This document shows, piece after piece, positions 10,591-19,431 of a stretch of DNA of 64,000 bases; within the stretch, counting starts at the first letter, position 1, and each line of letters begins with the position of its first letter. The notes under the pieces are model-generated. The model ran no database searches, was not told the DNA's origin, and saw only the letters and a program-made list of their open reading frames with translations. The position numbers and the translations under genes were made by a program. The stretch is from Thermomicrobiales bacterium. Lineage in GTDB: Bacteria; Chloroflexota; Chloroflexia; Thermomicrobiales; UBA6265. Location of the stretch: NCBI GenBank assembly GCA_035708745.1, contig DASTFJ010000250.1, positions 7,467-71,466 of the forward strand, written 5' to 3'.

Positions 10591-11958
10591 GTGGCAATGG
10601 AAGTGCGTCGCCGGGTGAGCCGGTTTGGCTCGCTATCGATCATTCTGGTATTGAGCCTGGCAGTGCTGGCTGCCTGCGGGCGGAGCGAAGACGCCAAACC
10701 GACGGCCACTGCGACTGGTGGAGCGGCAGTCGGTACGATCGAAGCGGCTTCCGGCACCGTCGAATCACTCGCAACTGAAGCGAGCGAAGTGGGTACGCCC
10801 GAATCCAGCGCAACCGAAGCCGGTGTTGAAGGCTCGGCCGAGGCAGCTCCCACGGAAGTGAGCGGTGCCGCGGAGGGCTCAGTTGCGGCCGGAGCGGTCG
10901 AAGGAAGCGTCGAAGCAGGAGCCAGCCAGGTGACCAGCGGGGCGAGTCCCGCCGAAGAAGCGTCGCCGGTCGAAGGCGTCGGCGTGGCTGGCGAGATCGA
11001 AGGATCGGTCGAAGCGGGCGCGACCGACGTGTCTGGCGTCGTCTCGAATGCCGAAGGCACGGTAGAAGCCGTCGCCACGTCGGCAAACGCCGCAATCGAA
11101 GGCTCGGTCGAAGCGGACAAGACCGAGGTGTCCGAAGGTGTTTCCGATGTGCAGGGCTCCGTGGAAGCTGGCGCCACCAGCGTGAGCGGGGCGGTCGAAG
11201 GATCGGTCGAGGCGGATAAGACCAGCGTCGCCGAGGGCGTCGAATCGGCCCAAGGCACAGTAGAAGCTGCGGCAACCGGGGTTGCAGGCACGGTGGAAAC
11301 CAAGGTCGAATCGGCCGAAACTAAAGTTTCCGAGGCGATCGGCACCGTCAAGACGGGAGCTGGAGAGAAGGTCGAGGCCGCTGAAACCAAAGTCAGCGAA
11401 GCCGTCGGTACGGTGAAGTCCGAGGTTGGCGAAAAGGTCGAAGCCGCGGAAACCGAGGTCGGCGAGGCCGTCGGCGCCGTCGAAGGCAAGCCGGAAGCGA
11501 CCGAATCGCCGGAGGCCCAAGCGACCAGTGCCGCGTCGGCCAGTCCGGTCTCGGTGAGCGCCGAAGAAGCATCTCCAGCGGTTGTCGCGGAGACACTGGC
11601 GACCGAAGCGGCTTCACCCCTTGCAACCACGGAAGCGACTCCGGTGCCCCAGACGCCGGAAGCGTCGCCCACCGAGGTTGCAACCGAAATGGCTACCCCG
11701 GAGGTGATCGAAGCGTCACCCTCACCCGAGGCGTCGCCGTCGGTCAGTGCCCTCTTCGGTGGACCGGAAGGCAGCCCGGAAACATCGGCAGCCGCGAGCG
11801 AGACCGCCGTGCTCGGTTCGCCGGTAGCGCTTCCGACCTGCACGCCGGTCGCGACACCAGGCATTGGAACGCCGGTCGCGAGTCCATCCGCGACCGTGAG
11901 TGGACTCTTCGGCCAGCCCGGCACACCAAGCCCCGAGGCATCCCCGGCCTGCATGTAG
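10591..11958 (+). CDS. Low-complexity Ala/Glu/Val/Ser/Thr-rich lipoprotein with 33- and 22-aa repeats
   Basis: Basic N-region, hydrophobic core and lipobox LAAC; internal repeats; GAGGGG RBS (start is 10591 or 10597). Confidence 0.8.
   Translation: MAMEVRRRVSRFGSLSIILVLSLAVLAACGRSEDAKPTATATGGAAVGTIEAASGTVESLATEASEVGTPESSATEAGVEGSAEAAPTEVSGAAEGSVAAGAVEGSVEAGASQVTSGASPAEEASPVEGVGVAGEIEGSVEAGATDVSGVVSNAEGTVEAVATSANAAIEGSVEADKTEVSEGVSDVQGSVEAGATSVSGAVEGSVEADKTSVAEGVESAQGTVEAAATGVAGTVETKVESAETKVSEAIGTVKTGAGEKVEAAETKVSEAVGTVKSEVGEKVEAAETEVGEAVGAVEGKPEATESPEAQATSAASASPVSVSAEEASPAVVAETLATEAASPLATTEATPVPQTPEASPTEVATEMATPEVIEASPSPEASPSVSALFGGPEGSPETSAAASETAVLGSPVALPTCTPVATPGIGTPVASPSATVSGLFGQPGTPSPEASPACM
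10996..11487 (+). repeat. Coding tandem repeats: three 99-bp units then about three 66-bp units
   Basis: IEGSVEA units start at 10996, 11095 and 11194; KVE(S/A)AET units repeat every 22 aa. Confidence 0.85.
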
Positions 11959-11986
11959 GTCACGCCAAGTCGATCTGCATCGAAAG

Positions 11987-12014
11987 GCGAGCCGGTCCCA
12001 CGGGACCGGCTCGC
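11987..12014. terminator. Strong inverted repeat after the lipoprotein gene (terminator or stabilising hairpin)
   Basis: GCGAGCCGGTCCC-ac-GGGACCGGCTCGC; no clear U-tract on the plus strand. Confidence 0.55.
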
Positions 12015-12069
12015 TCATTCCCATCGGGTATCCTCAACCCACTGACCGTGGTCGACACAGGACGGACGA

Positions 12070-13698
12070 ATGGACGCAATCCGGCTCGAAGTGATGTGGA
12101 ACCGCCTCATTTCGGTGGTAAACGAGCAAGCAGCCGCGCTGATGCGCACGAGCTTCACCTCGATCGTCCGGGAGGCGGGCGATCTTTCAGCCGGCGTCTT
12201 CGATGCCCGGGGCAACATGATCGCGCAGGCGGTCACCGGCACCCCCGGTCACATCAATGCAATGGCGACCTGCATCCATCACTTCCTGGCGGTCTATCCC
12301 GCCGAGTCACTGCAACCCGGCGATGTGCTGATCACCAACGATCCTCAAAAGACCTCGGGGCACTTGCACGACTTCACCGTGATCACGCCGGTCTTTCTCG
12401 GTGAGCGTCTGGTCGGATTCTTTGGAAACACCTGTCATGTGCTCGATATCGGCGGTATCGGGCTCTCGACCGATGCCCGTTCGGTGTTCGAGGAGGGGCT
12501 CTTCGTTCCGATCACCAAGCTCTTCTCTCGCGGTGAGCCGAACGACGAGCTGCTGAAGATCCTCTCGGCCAATGTGCGCACACCGGAACCGGTGCTGGGC
12601 GATATCTACGCACAGGCTGCCGGCAATGACGTTGGCGCCGCGCGACTGATCGAGTTCATGACCGAATTCGAGCTCGACACTCTCGAGCCATTGGCCGACG
12701 AGATCATCGACCGCTCCGAACAAGCCATGCGCCGAGCCATCGCCGCACTTCCCGATGGCATCTATCGCAATGAGGTCTGGTCCGACGGTTATGAGCAGCC
12801 GGTCAAGCTGGCGGTCAGCATCGAGAAGACTGGCGACCACATGCATGTCGATTGGGCCGGCAGCTCGCTCGAAAGCGAGCGCGGCATCAACGTGGTTCTC
12901 AACTACACCCATGCCTATACGACGTACGCGCTCAAGTGCGCCCTCGCTCCGGAAGTGCCCAACAATGAGGGCAGCTTCCGGCCGGTCACGGTCGATGCGC
13001 CGCCGCGCAGTATTTTGAACGCCCTCCCACCGGCACCGGTGGCCGCCCGGCACATCCTCGGCCACTTCCTCCCCGGCGCGGTCTTCGGTGCCCTGGCCCA
13101 AGCGATTCCCGATCGAGTCATGGCCGAAGGCGCCGCCAACATCTGGAATTTGCAGTTCCTCGGGTATGACCAGGCGGGCGATCCGTTCGCCTACGTCTGG
13201 TTCTCCTGTGGCGGCACCGGTGCCCGCTCGACCAAGGACGGCTTGCATGCGACCGCCTTTCCGAGCGGCATCTCCGGCGTGCCGGCAGAAGTCATCGAAC
13301 AGCTCTCCCCGGTCGTAGTCTACGAACGCTCGATCCGGGAAAACTCGGGCGGGGCCGGGAAGTTTCGCGGTGGATGCGGGCAGCGGCTCGAGCTGGGAGT
13401 CCGCACCAACCAGCCCTATGCCTTCTCTGGATTGTTCGATCGGCTGCATCACCCCGCCCAGGGGTTTTCCGGCGGTCTGCCCGGGCAGCCGGGAGCCCTG
13501 CACCTGTCGAACGGCCGCCAAATCGAAGGCAAAGGAACCCTCCGGCTCGATCCCGATGTCCGCATCACCCTCGATCTCCCCGGCGGGGGTGGCTACTACC
13601 CGCCGTCCGAGCGCGAGGCAGCCCTGATCGAGCAGGATTTACGCACCGGGATCATCGACACCGAAACCGCGGCCCGAGACTATGGCTACAACCGCTAG
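12070..13698 (+). CDS. Hydantoinase B/oxoprolinase family subunit
   Basis: RTSFTSIVREAGD, NDP...GHLHD, EEGL, SGGAGKFRGG and PGGGG motifs. Confidence 0.93.
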   Translation: MDAIRLEVMWNRLISVVNEQAAALMRTSFTSIVREAGDLSAGVFDARGNMIAQAVTGTPGHINAMATCIHHFLAVYPAESLQPGDVLITNDPQKTSGHLHDFTVITPVFLGERLVGFFGNTCHVLDIGGIGLSTDARSVFEEGLFVPITKLFSRGEPNDELLKILSANVRTPEPVLGDIYAQAAGNDVGAARLIEFMTEFELDTLEPLADEIIDRSEQAMRRAIAALPDGIYRNEVWSDGYEQPVKLAVSIEKTGDHMHVDWAGSSLESERGINVVLNYTHAYTTYALKCALAPEVPNNEGSFRPVTVDAPPRSILNALPPAPVAARHILGHFLPGAVFGALAQAIPDRVMAEGAANIWNLQFLGYDQAGDPFAYVWFSCGGTGARSTKDGLHATAFPSGISGVPAEVIEQLSPVVVYERSIRENSGGAGKFRGGCGQRLELGVRTNQPYAFSGLFDRLHHPAQGFSGGLPGQPGALHLSNGRQIEGKGTLRLDPDVRITLDLPGGGGYYPPSEREAALIEQDLRTGIIDTETAARDYGYNR

Positions 13699-14551
13699 GT
13701 CGGATGCGGTACGCATCGTCGAAGTCGCGCCCCGCGATGGGTTGCAGAACCATGCTCGCGCGTTTTCGACCGAGTCAAAAATCGCCTTCATCAATGCGCT
13801 CTCCCAGAGCGGGCTGCCGGTCATCGAGGCCGCCAGCTTTGTCAATCCGAAGGCCGTGCCCTTGATGGCGGACGCGTTCGAGATCATGTTCGGCATCGAG
13901 CGTAACCCCGCTGTCCGCTATCTGGCGCTCGTTCCCAACGAGAAGGGCCTCGATCGCGCACTGGCGTGTGGCGTCGAAAATATTGCCGTCTTCGCTTCGG
14001 CCAGTGAGACCTTCAGCCAGCGTAATATCAACTGCACCATCGCCGAATCGCTCGAACGCTTCACGCCGGTGGTGGATCGAGCGAAGGCGGGCGGCTTGTG
14101 GGTGCGCGGCTATATCTCCATGGCGTTCGTCTGTCCGTTCGAGGGGAACATCCCGCCGGGGCAGACCGCAACGCTTGCGAGCGCGCTCCTCCAGCTCGGA
14201 TGCGATGAGATCTGCCTGGCTGACACGATCGGCACCGCCGGTGTCGACACCGTTACCAGCGTGCTCGAATTCACGCTGGCGACCATCCCTGCCTATCAAC
14301 TGGCGTTGCATATGCACGATACCTATGGCCGAGCGGTCGACAATATCGATGTCGGATACGACGCTGGTATCCGGGTCTTCGATTCTGCCGCGGGCGGCCT
14401 GGGCGGCTGTCCGTTTGCGCCCGGCGCGGCCGGCAATCTCGCCACCGAGACGCTCATCGAGCACCTCGACCAGCGCGGAATACCGCACGGCGTTGCTATC
14501 GACGCGGTGCGCATGGCGGTCGAGCAGCTTCTGGCGTCTCCCGCCAGCTAA
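13682..14551 (+). CDS. hmgL: Hydroxymethylglutaryl-CoA lyase family
   Basis: EVAPRDGLQN, LADTIG, HMHDTYG and GLGGCPFAPGA.GN motifs. Confidence 0.9.
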   Translation: MATTARSDAVRIVEVAPRDGLQNHARAFSTESKIAFINALSQSGLPVIEAASFVNPKAVPLMADAFEIMFGIERNPAVRYLALVPNEKGLDRALACGVENIAVFASASETFSQRNINCTIAESLERFTPVVDRAKAGGLWVRGYISMAFVCPFEGNIPPGQTATLASALLQLGCDEICLADTIGTAGVDTVTSVLEFTLATIPAYQLALHMHDTYGRAVDNIDVGYDAGIRVFDSAAGGLGGCPFAPGAAGNLATETLIEHLDQRGIPHGVAIDAVRMAVEQLLASPAS

Positions 14552-14555
14552 GCCG

Positions 14556-15326
14556 ATGCGCTTTTCGCCTCCCTACTCCGCATATGCGCGCATTTACGAT
14601 CGGATCGGCCAACGCGCCTTTGGCGAACGCATGGCGGCGGTGATTCTGCGTGAGCTCTCCGATCGAGAGGTGTTTCCGCGTACCGTGCTCGATCTCGGCT
14701 GCGGTACCGGCGCGGCCACCCTCGCCTTTGCGCGCGCCGGTCTGGACGCCACCGGTCTCGACCTATCCCCGGACATGCTGACGCGTGCCCGTGAGTTCGC
14801 CAAAGTGGAATCGCTCGATGTCGCATTCATCGAGGGAGATATGACCGCCCTTCGACTCCCGAACCGATTCGAGCTGGCAACGTGCATCTATGATGCGGTC
14901 AACTACCTCGAGAACGAGACGGCGCTCCAACAGCTCTTTCAGGCGGCGCACGGCTTGCTCGAACCCGGCGGGGCGTTCGCATTCGACATGAACACGCGGT
15001 CCCGGCTGGAGCGCTCCTGGGAGCAAGGGCTGATCCTGGCCGGCGATTCGGACGATCTCTATGCCACCTACCGCTCCTGGTACGACGCCGCGCTCGATGC
15101 GTCGCCGCTGATCGTCACGGCGTTCATGCGTAACCCCGATCGAACCTGGACGCGATTCGACGAAGAACACATCGAACGCGCCTGGCCGATCGCCGACGTG
15201 ACGGTATGGCTCCAGCACACCGGTTTTCATGTCGAACAGGTGACCGGGTACGCGGATGCGACCGGTGATCTCGTGCGTCCCGCTCGGGAAGATCATGGCC
15301 GGGTGCTCTTTCTCGCCACTCGATAG
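14556..15326 (+). CDS. Class I SAM-dependent methyltransferase
   Basis: VLDLGCGTG, GLDLSPDML and L.PGG motifs; real start taken as the ATG at 14556. Confidence 0.9.
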   Translation: MRFSPPYSAYARIYDRIGQRAFGERMAAVILRELSDREVFPRTVLDLGCGTGAATLAFARAGLDATGLDLSPDMLTRAREFAKVESLDVAFIEGDMTALRLPNRFELATCIYDAVNYLENETALQQLFQAAHGLLEPGGAFAFDMNTRSRLERSWEQGLILAGDSDDLYATYRSWYDAALDASPLIVTAFMRNPDRTWTRFDEEHIERAWPIADVTVWLQHTGFHVEQVTGYADATGDLVRPAREDHGRVLFLATR

Positions 15327-15371
15327 AATTCCGGCCAATACGTTATCCGACCGATTCAGGAGAAACGATCT

Positions 15372-16430
15372 GTGGAACAACGTGCCTTCGATTTCCTTCG
15401 CCGGCTGCTCGACGCTCCCGGACCGTCCGGTTTCGAGGAACGGCCCTCGCGTGTCTGGCGCGACGAAGCGGCAACCTTTGCCGACGAGGTCGATCGCGAC
15501 GTGCTCGGCAACTCCTGGGCCCGGCTGAGCAACCCGGGGGCTCCGGTCATGCTGATCGAGGGACATATCGACGAGATCGGTCTGATGGTCACGCTGATCG
15601 ATGAGAACGGCTATCTCCTCTTCGATGCGATCGGTGGATGGGATACCCAGGTCATCATCGGACAGCGGATGATCGTGTTGGGGCGCGCCGGCGATGTCAC
15701 CGGCGTGGTCGGACGCAAGGCGCCGCACGGCATGAGCGCCGAGGATCGGAACAAGGTCCCGCAGCTACGCGATCTCTGGATCGACATCGGTGCGTCGAGC
15801 AAGGCCGATGCGGAAACGCGGGTCGAGATCGGCGATGCGATCGTGATCGACGCGCCTTTCCGCCAGCTCAGCGACGATCTGGTTGTCGCCCGCAGTCTCG
15901 ACAATCGGGTAGGCGCATTTGTCGCCCTGGAAGCGCTCCGCCTGCTCGCGGATGACCGTCCAGCCTTCGATGCGTACGCGATGGTCGCTGCCCAGGAAGA
16001 GATCACCTTCGCCGGAGCGCAAACCGGTACCTTCCAGCTGGGACCGACCGCGGCGATCGTGATCGACGTGACTCACGCCACCGATTACCCGGGCGCGGAC
16101 AAATGGCGCAACGGCGACATCAAGATGGCCGGCGGTCCGGTGCTCGGTCGCGGTTCGTCCACCAACGCGGTGGTCTATCGCGCGCTGGGCGACTATGCGG
16201 CCAAGGCCGAGATTCCGATCCAGCGACAGGGCAATCCCCGCAGCAGCGGCACAGATGCCGACGCGATGATCAAGACCGGCCCCGGCACCGCGACTGGCAT
16301 CGTCTCGATCCCAAATCGCTATATGCACTCGCCCAATGAAACGGTCAGCCTGACGGACCTGGATTCGGCGGCTCAGCTCATCGCCGGATTCATCCGCTCG
16401 CTGCCGGCCGATTTCGACTTCCGCCCGTAG
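15372..16430 (+). CDS. M42 family metallopeptidase (TET aminopeptidase-like)
   Basis: HIDEIG, LDNR, QEE, DVT, GTDA and RYMHS motifs. Confidence 0.93.
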   Translation: MEQRAFDFLRRLLDAPGPSGFEERPSRVWRDEAATFADEVDRDVLGNSWARLSNPGAPVMLIEGHIDEIGLMVTLIDENGYLLFDAIGGWDTQVIIGQRMIVLGRAGDVTGVVGRKAPHGMSAEDRNKVPQLRDLWIDIGASSKADAETRVEIGDAIVIDAPFRQLSDDLVVARSLDNRVGAFVALEALRLLADDRPAFDAYAMVAAQEEITFAGAQTGTFQLGPTAAIVIDVTHATDYPGADKWRNGDIKMAGGPVLGRGSSTNAVVYRALGDYAAKAEIPIQRQGNPRSSGTDADAMIKTGPGTATGIVSIPNRYMHSPNETVSLTDLDSAAQLIAGFIRSLPADFDFRP

Positions 16431-17301
16431 CCGCCCGCGGTTTTCTCAACCGCTGGCATGAGGGACAAAAATAGGTGCCGCGGTTGGCGACGGTGATTTT
16501 CTTCACTACGCCCCCGCAGCCGATGCACGATTCGCCTTCGCGCCCGTGCACCGCCGGAAACGCGTCGACCGGGTAGGCGCGCTGGTGAATGATCTTGGCG
16601 CCCCCCTGGGCGATGCCCATATCGAGCACCCACGCGATCGTCTCGCGCAGCCGCGCCACCAGCGGTTTGCTGAGACTGTTTGCGGGTTGCAATGGATGAA
16701 TCCGCGCCCGGAAGAGGGCCTCGTCGGCATAGATATTGCCGACGCCGGCCACGACCGACTGATCGAGGATCGCCTGCTTGATCGGAATCGAGCGACGTTG
16801 CAGCGCGGCGTAGAGCTGGGCATCGGTGATCGCGGCGGTGCCGGTCCCCTCCGGTCCGAAATGGAACGCGTCGATTGCGGCATCGACTTGCTCGGCCGGC
16901 ATCAGGCGGTACCAGCCGAATTGGCGGATGTCGCTGAAATACACGATCGTACCGTCGTCGAAGCACAGGTCGAAATGCGTCGCCTTATGCGGATAGTCGC
17001 CATCCGGCTTCGGAATTGGATGCCCAGCGACCGAACGGGTCCCATCGGGCCGAATCACCGCGAGCTGTCCCGCCAGCTTGAAATGCACCATCAGGCTCAA
17101 GTCGCCATCGAAATCGACGATGAGCACCTTGGCGCGTCGTCGAGCGCCAGTGATCGTGTGGCCGATCATGGCGGCTGGATCGGGAATCTCGGAATCACGG
17201 AAGAGTTTGACCAATCGCAGATCGACCGCCACCACGGTTCGGCCCGTCAGCTCGCGCTCGACGATCCGACGCGCGGTTTCGACCTCTGGCAACTCGGGCA
17301 C
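16390..17301 (-). CDS. mutM: Formamidopyrimidine-DNA glycosylase (Fpg/Nei)
   Basis: N-terminal PELPEVE, H2TH GVGNIYADE and C-terminal CxxC...CxxCQ zinc finger. Confidence 0.93.
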   Translation of the reverse strand: MPELPEVETARRIVERELTGRTVVAVDLRLVKLFRDSEIPDPAAMIGHTITGARRRAKVLIVDFDGDLSLMVHFKLAGQLAVIRPDGTRSVAGHPIPKPDGDYPHKATHFDLCFDDGTIVYFSDIRQFGWYRLMPAEQVDAAIDAFHFGPEGTGTAAITDAQLYAALQRRSIPIKQAILDQSVVAGVGNIYADEALFRARIHPLQPANSLSKPLVARLRETIAWVLDMGIAQGGAKIIHQRAYPVDAFPAVHGREGESCIGCGGVVKKITVANRGTYFCPSCQRLRKPRAATGGSRNRPAASG

Positions 17302-17324
17302 GGGATTACTCGGATTCTAACGAT

Positions 17325-17624
17325 CTAGTCACAGTAGGTAACGGTGCGCGATTCGCCGATCTGGCGCATCCAACGCGCCGCCGACGAGGCTACGCGCACG
17401 CCTTCCTCATCGTCATGGGTCGCTTTGGTCACGCGCGACAGGACATCCCATACCGCCTGTTTCGCCTGCTTATGGCGCACCTCGGCAATAACCATCGGAC
17501 CCAGCAGCGGATTGGGTGTCGTGTGCTGGATCCACCATTCGTCGGCTTCGAGCCAAATGGTCAGGTGATAGCGCTCGGTGTTCCATTCGAACCGGTCAGT
17601 TGATCCAGGGTCCGCTCCCACCAC
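17325..17624 (-). CDS. Small hypothetical protein upstream of mutM
   Basis: About 100-aa ORF with a GGGGGAG RBS before the GTG; start uncertain (17621-17654). Confidence 0.6.
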   Translation of the reverse strand: MVGADPGSTDRFEWNTERYHLTIWLEADEWWIQHTTPNPLLGPMVIAEVRHKQAKQAVWDVLSRVTKATHDDEEGVRVASSAARWMRQIGESRTVTYCD

Positions 17625-17860
17625 CTTCTCCCCCTTCGATACAACGCTCGCCAAAAGAACACCGGCGTCACCGGATGGGACCGGGACGCTGAGCAGGAAT
17701 GTGCGACGAGCTCGGATCGAGAAAACCTACCCACTCTCTGACCGCGCAGATTCCCACGAACATTGTCTTCAAGTCAAGTCGTCGCGCTCGAAACCCGGAG
17801 AGACTGTTGGGCAAACCTTGTTAGATGTATCCAGACCGATGCAAACGCCAGGCGCGGTCG

Positions 17861-18217
17861 CTACCTGGGGCCGACCGAGAGAAACCGGCCGGCAGCATCA
17901 CGAGTCACTGCATGGACTTCGCGGACCGCTTCGACCTCCAGCGGTCCATAGACATGTGGGAATGTCTTGCCTGGATCTTCGTAGACGATCGGCGCCGTCA
18001 CCAATGCGCAATCGACCGCCAGCAAGAGATATGGACGTGCATCTTCCAGGTAATAGCGGTTGCCAACCGCTATGACTTCCTCGATGGTGTCGGTGCAATG
18101 GATGAATCCCTCATCCCCGAATCGTTCTGGCACATACGACGAATTCGCTGCATGCGCTTCCCAATATTCTCGCGGCGCGAGGTGATAGGTGATGTGGCCG
18201 TTTTTTTCGAGTGACAC
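17861..18217 (-). CDS. DUF952 domain protein
   Basis: TYH, EGFIHCT and FPHVYGPL motifs. Confidence 0.85.
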   Translation of the reverse strand: MSLEKNGHITYHLAPREYWEAHAANSSYVPERFGDEGFIHCTDTIEEVIAVGNRYYLEDARPYLLLAVDCALVTAPIVYEDPGKTFPHVYGPLEVEAVREVHAVTRDAAGRFLSVGPR

Positions 18218-18289
18218 AGAGCCTGGCGGGGGTTGAACGGGGGTCGGCAATCGAAATCCTCCTAAAACGCAGAGCAGAGTTGCGGTCGT

Positions 18290-18318
18290 TTGACCGCAGC
18301 TTGAGCGCAGCCTATCAT
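18290..18318 (+). promoter_or_regulatory. Putative sigma70-type promoter of the selD operon
   Basis: TTGACC, 17-bp spacer, TATCAT, 50 nt upstream of selD. Confidence 0.6.
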
Positions 18319-18368
18319 CGCGAATCGAAGTTTGGCCGCACGGCCCATGCTCCCAACCAGGACACACC

Positions 18369-19412
18369 ATGGTTTCCAATCTCGAACGACAGCGGCTCAC
18401 GGAGCTGGCATCATGTGCCGGATGCGCAGCCAAGATGGGTCCCGACCGGCTCGCTCAGGCACTCTTGCCATTGACCGCCGACACGCATCCCGATCTCATC
18501 GTCGGGCTGCAAACCAGCGACGATGCAGCGGTCTTCCGTTTGAGCGACGACCAGGCGATCGTTCAAACGGTCGATTTTTTCCCGCCTATCGTGGACGATC
18601 CCTATTTCTACGGCGCTATCGCCGCGACCAATGCCATGAGCGATGTTTTCGCGATGAACGGTTCGGTTCTGCTGGCGTTGAGCATCGCGGCATTCCCCGC
18701 CGATATGCCGCTCGACGCCATCACCAGCATCTTTACCGGCGCGGCGGACAAGGTGCGTGAGGCTGGCGGCATCATTGCGGGTGGTCACACCGTCATCGAC
18801 GCCGAACCCAAATATGGACTTTCCGTCACAGGCTCGGTGCGTCCGGATCGCGTCTGGACCAAAGCCGGAGCCCGTCCAGGCGATCACCTGGTGCTCACCA
18901 AACCGCTGGGCACCGGACTCATCACCACCGCGTTGAAAAACGGTGGTGTCGACGATACGCATCTGGCCGCTGCGGTTGGTTGGATGACCACCCTCAATGG
19001 CACAGCTCAAGCTGCGGCGACCGATCTCGATATCCATGCTTGCAGCGACATCACCGGATTTTCGCTGGCAGGTCATGCGTCCGAGATCGCCAGCAAGAGC
19101 GAGGTGGGCATCGAGATCGATGCGTCCTCGTTGCCAGTGCTCGAGGGTGCGCTCGGCTATGCCCGCTCTGGGTTCATCGCCGGCGGTTTGGAGCGAAATC
19201 TGGCGTATTTCGAGGGAGAAAGAGTCGAGGTCAAGACTGGCATCTCTCCAGAGCTGCGCCTGCTCTGCTTCGACCCGCAAACCTCGGGGGGGCTGCTGCT
19301 TGCTGTCCCGAACGAACGCTTCGCCGCATTGACCGAGCGGTTCGAAGAACGCGAAATCCCGTCATGGCGCATCGGCGTCGTGACCACCGGTTCGGGCGTC
19401 CGCATCGTCTAG
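18369..19412 (+). CDS. selD: Selenide, water dikinase (Cys form)
   Basis: CAGCAAK, DDAAV, QTVDFF, NAMSD, GGHT, DITGF and DPQTSGGLL motifs. Confidence 0.95.
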   Translation: MVSNLERQRLTELASCAGCAAKMGPDRLAQALLPLTADTHPDLIVGLQTSDDAAVFRLSDDQAIVQTVDFFPPIVDDPYFYGAIAATNAMSDVFAMNGSVLLALSIAAFPADMPLDAITSIFTGAADKVREAGGIIAGGHTVIDAEPKYGLSVTGSVRPDRVWTKAGARPGDHLVLTKPLGTGLITTALKNGGVDDTHLAAAVGWMTTLNGTAQAAATDLDIHACSDITGFSLAGHASEIASKSEVGIEIDASSLPVLEGALGYARSGFIAGGLERNLAYFEGERVEVKTGISPELRLLCFDPQTSGGLLLAVPNERFAALTERFEEREIPSWRIGVVTTGSGVRIV

Positions 19413-19431
19413 GCGGACCGAAGGAGGCACC

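Noticed and set aside
10996..11487. CRISPR-like or mobile repeat array
   Set aside because: The repeats are in-frame coding units with synonymous variation, have no unique spacers and no cas genes are nearby
10575..11963. 462-aa antisense ORF over the lipoprotein
   Set aside because: Shadow frame of a repetitive GC-rich gene; the plus strand has the RBS, signal peptide and lipobox
17805..17855. Cyclic di-GMP-I riboswitch suggested by GGGCAAACC
   Set aside because: The following GNRA stem and second hairpin are missing, and no plus-strand gene lies directly downstream
18411..18434. SelD as a selenoprotein
   Set aside because: The active-site codons are TGT and TGC (Cys), and the ORF has no in-frame TGA
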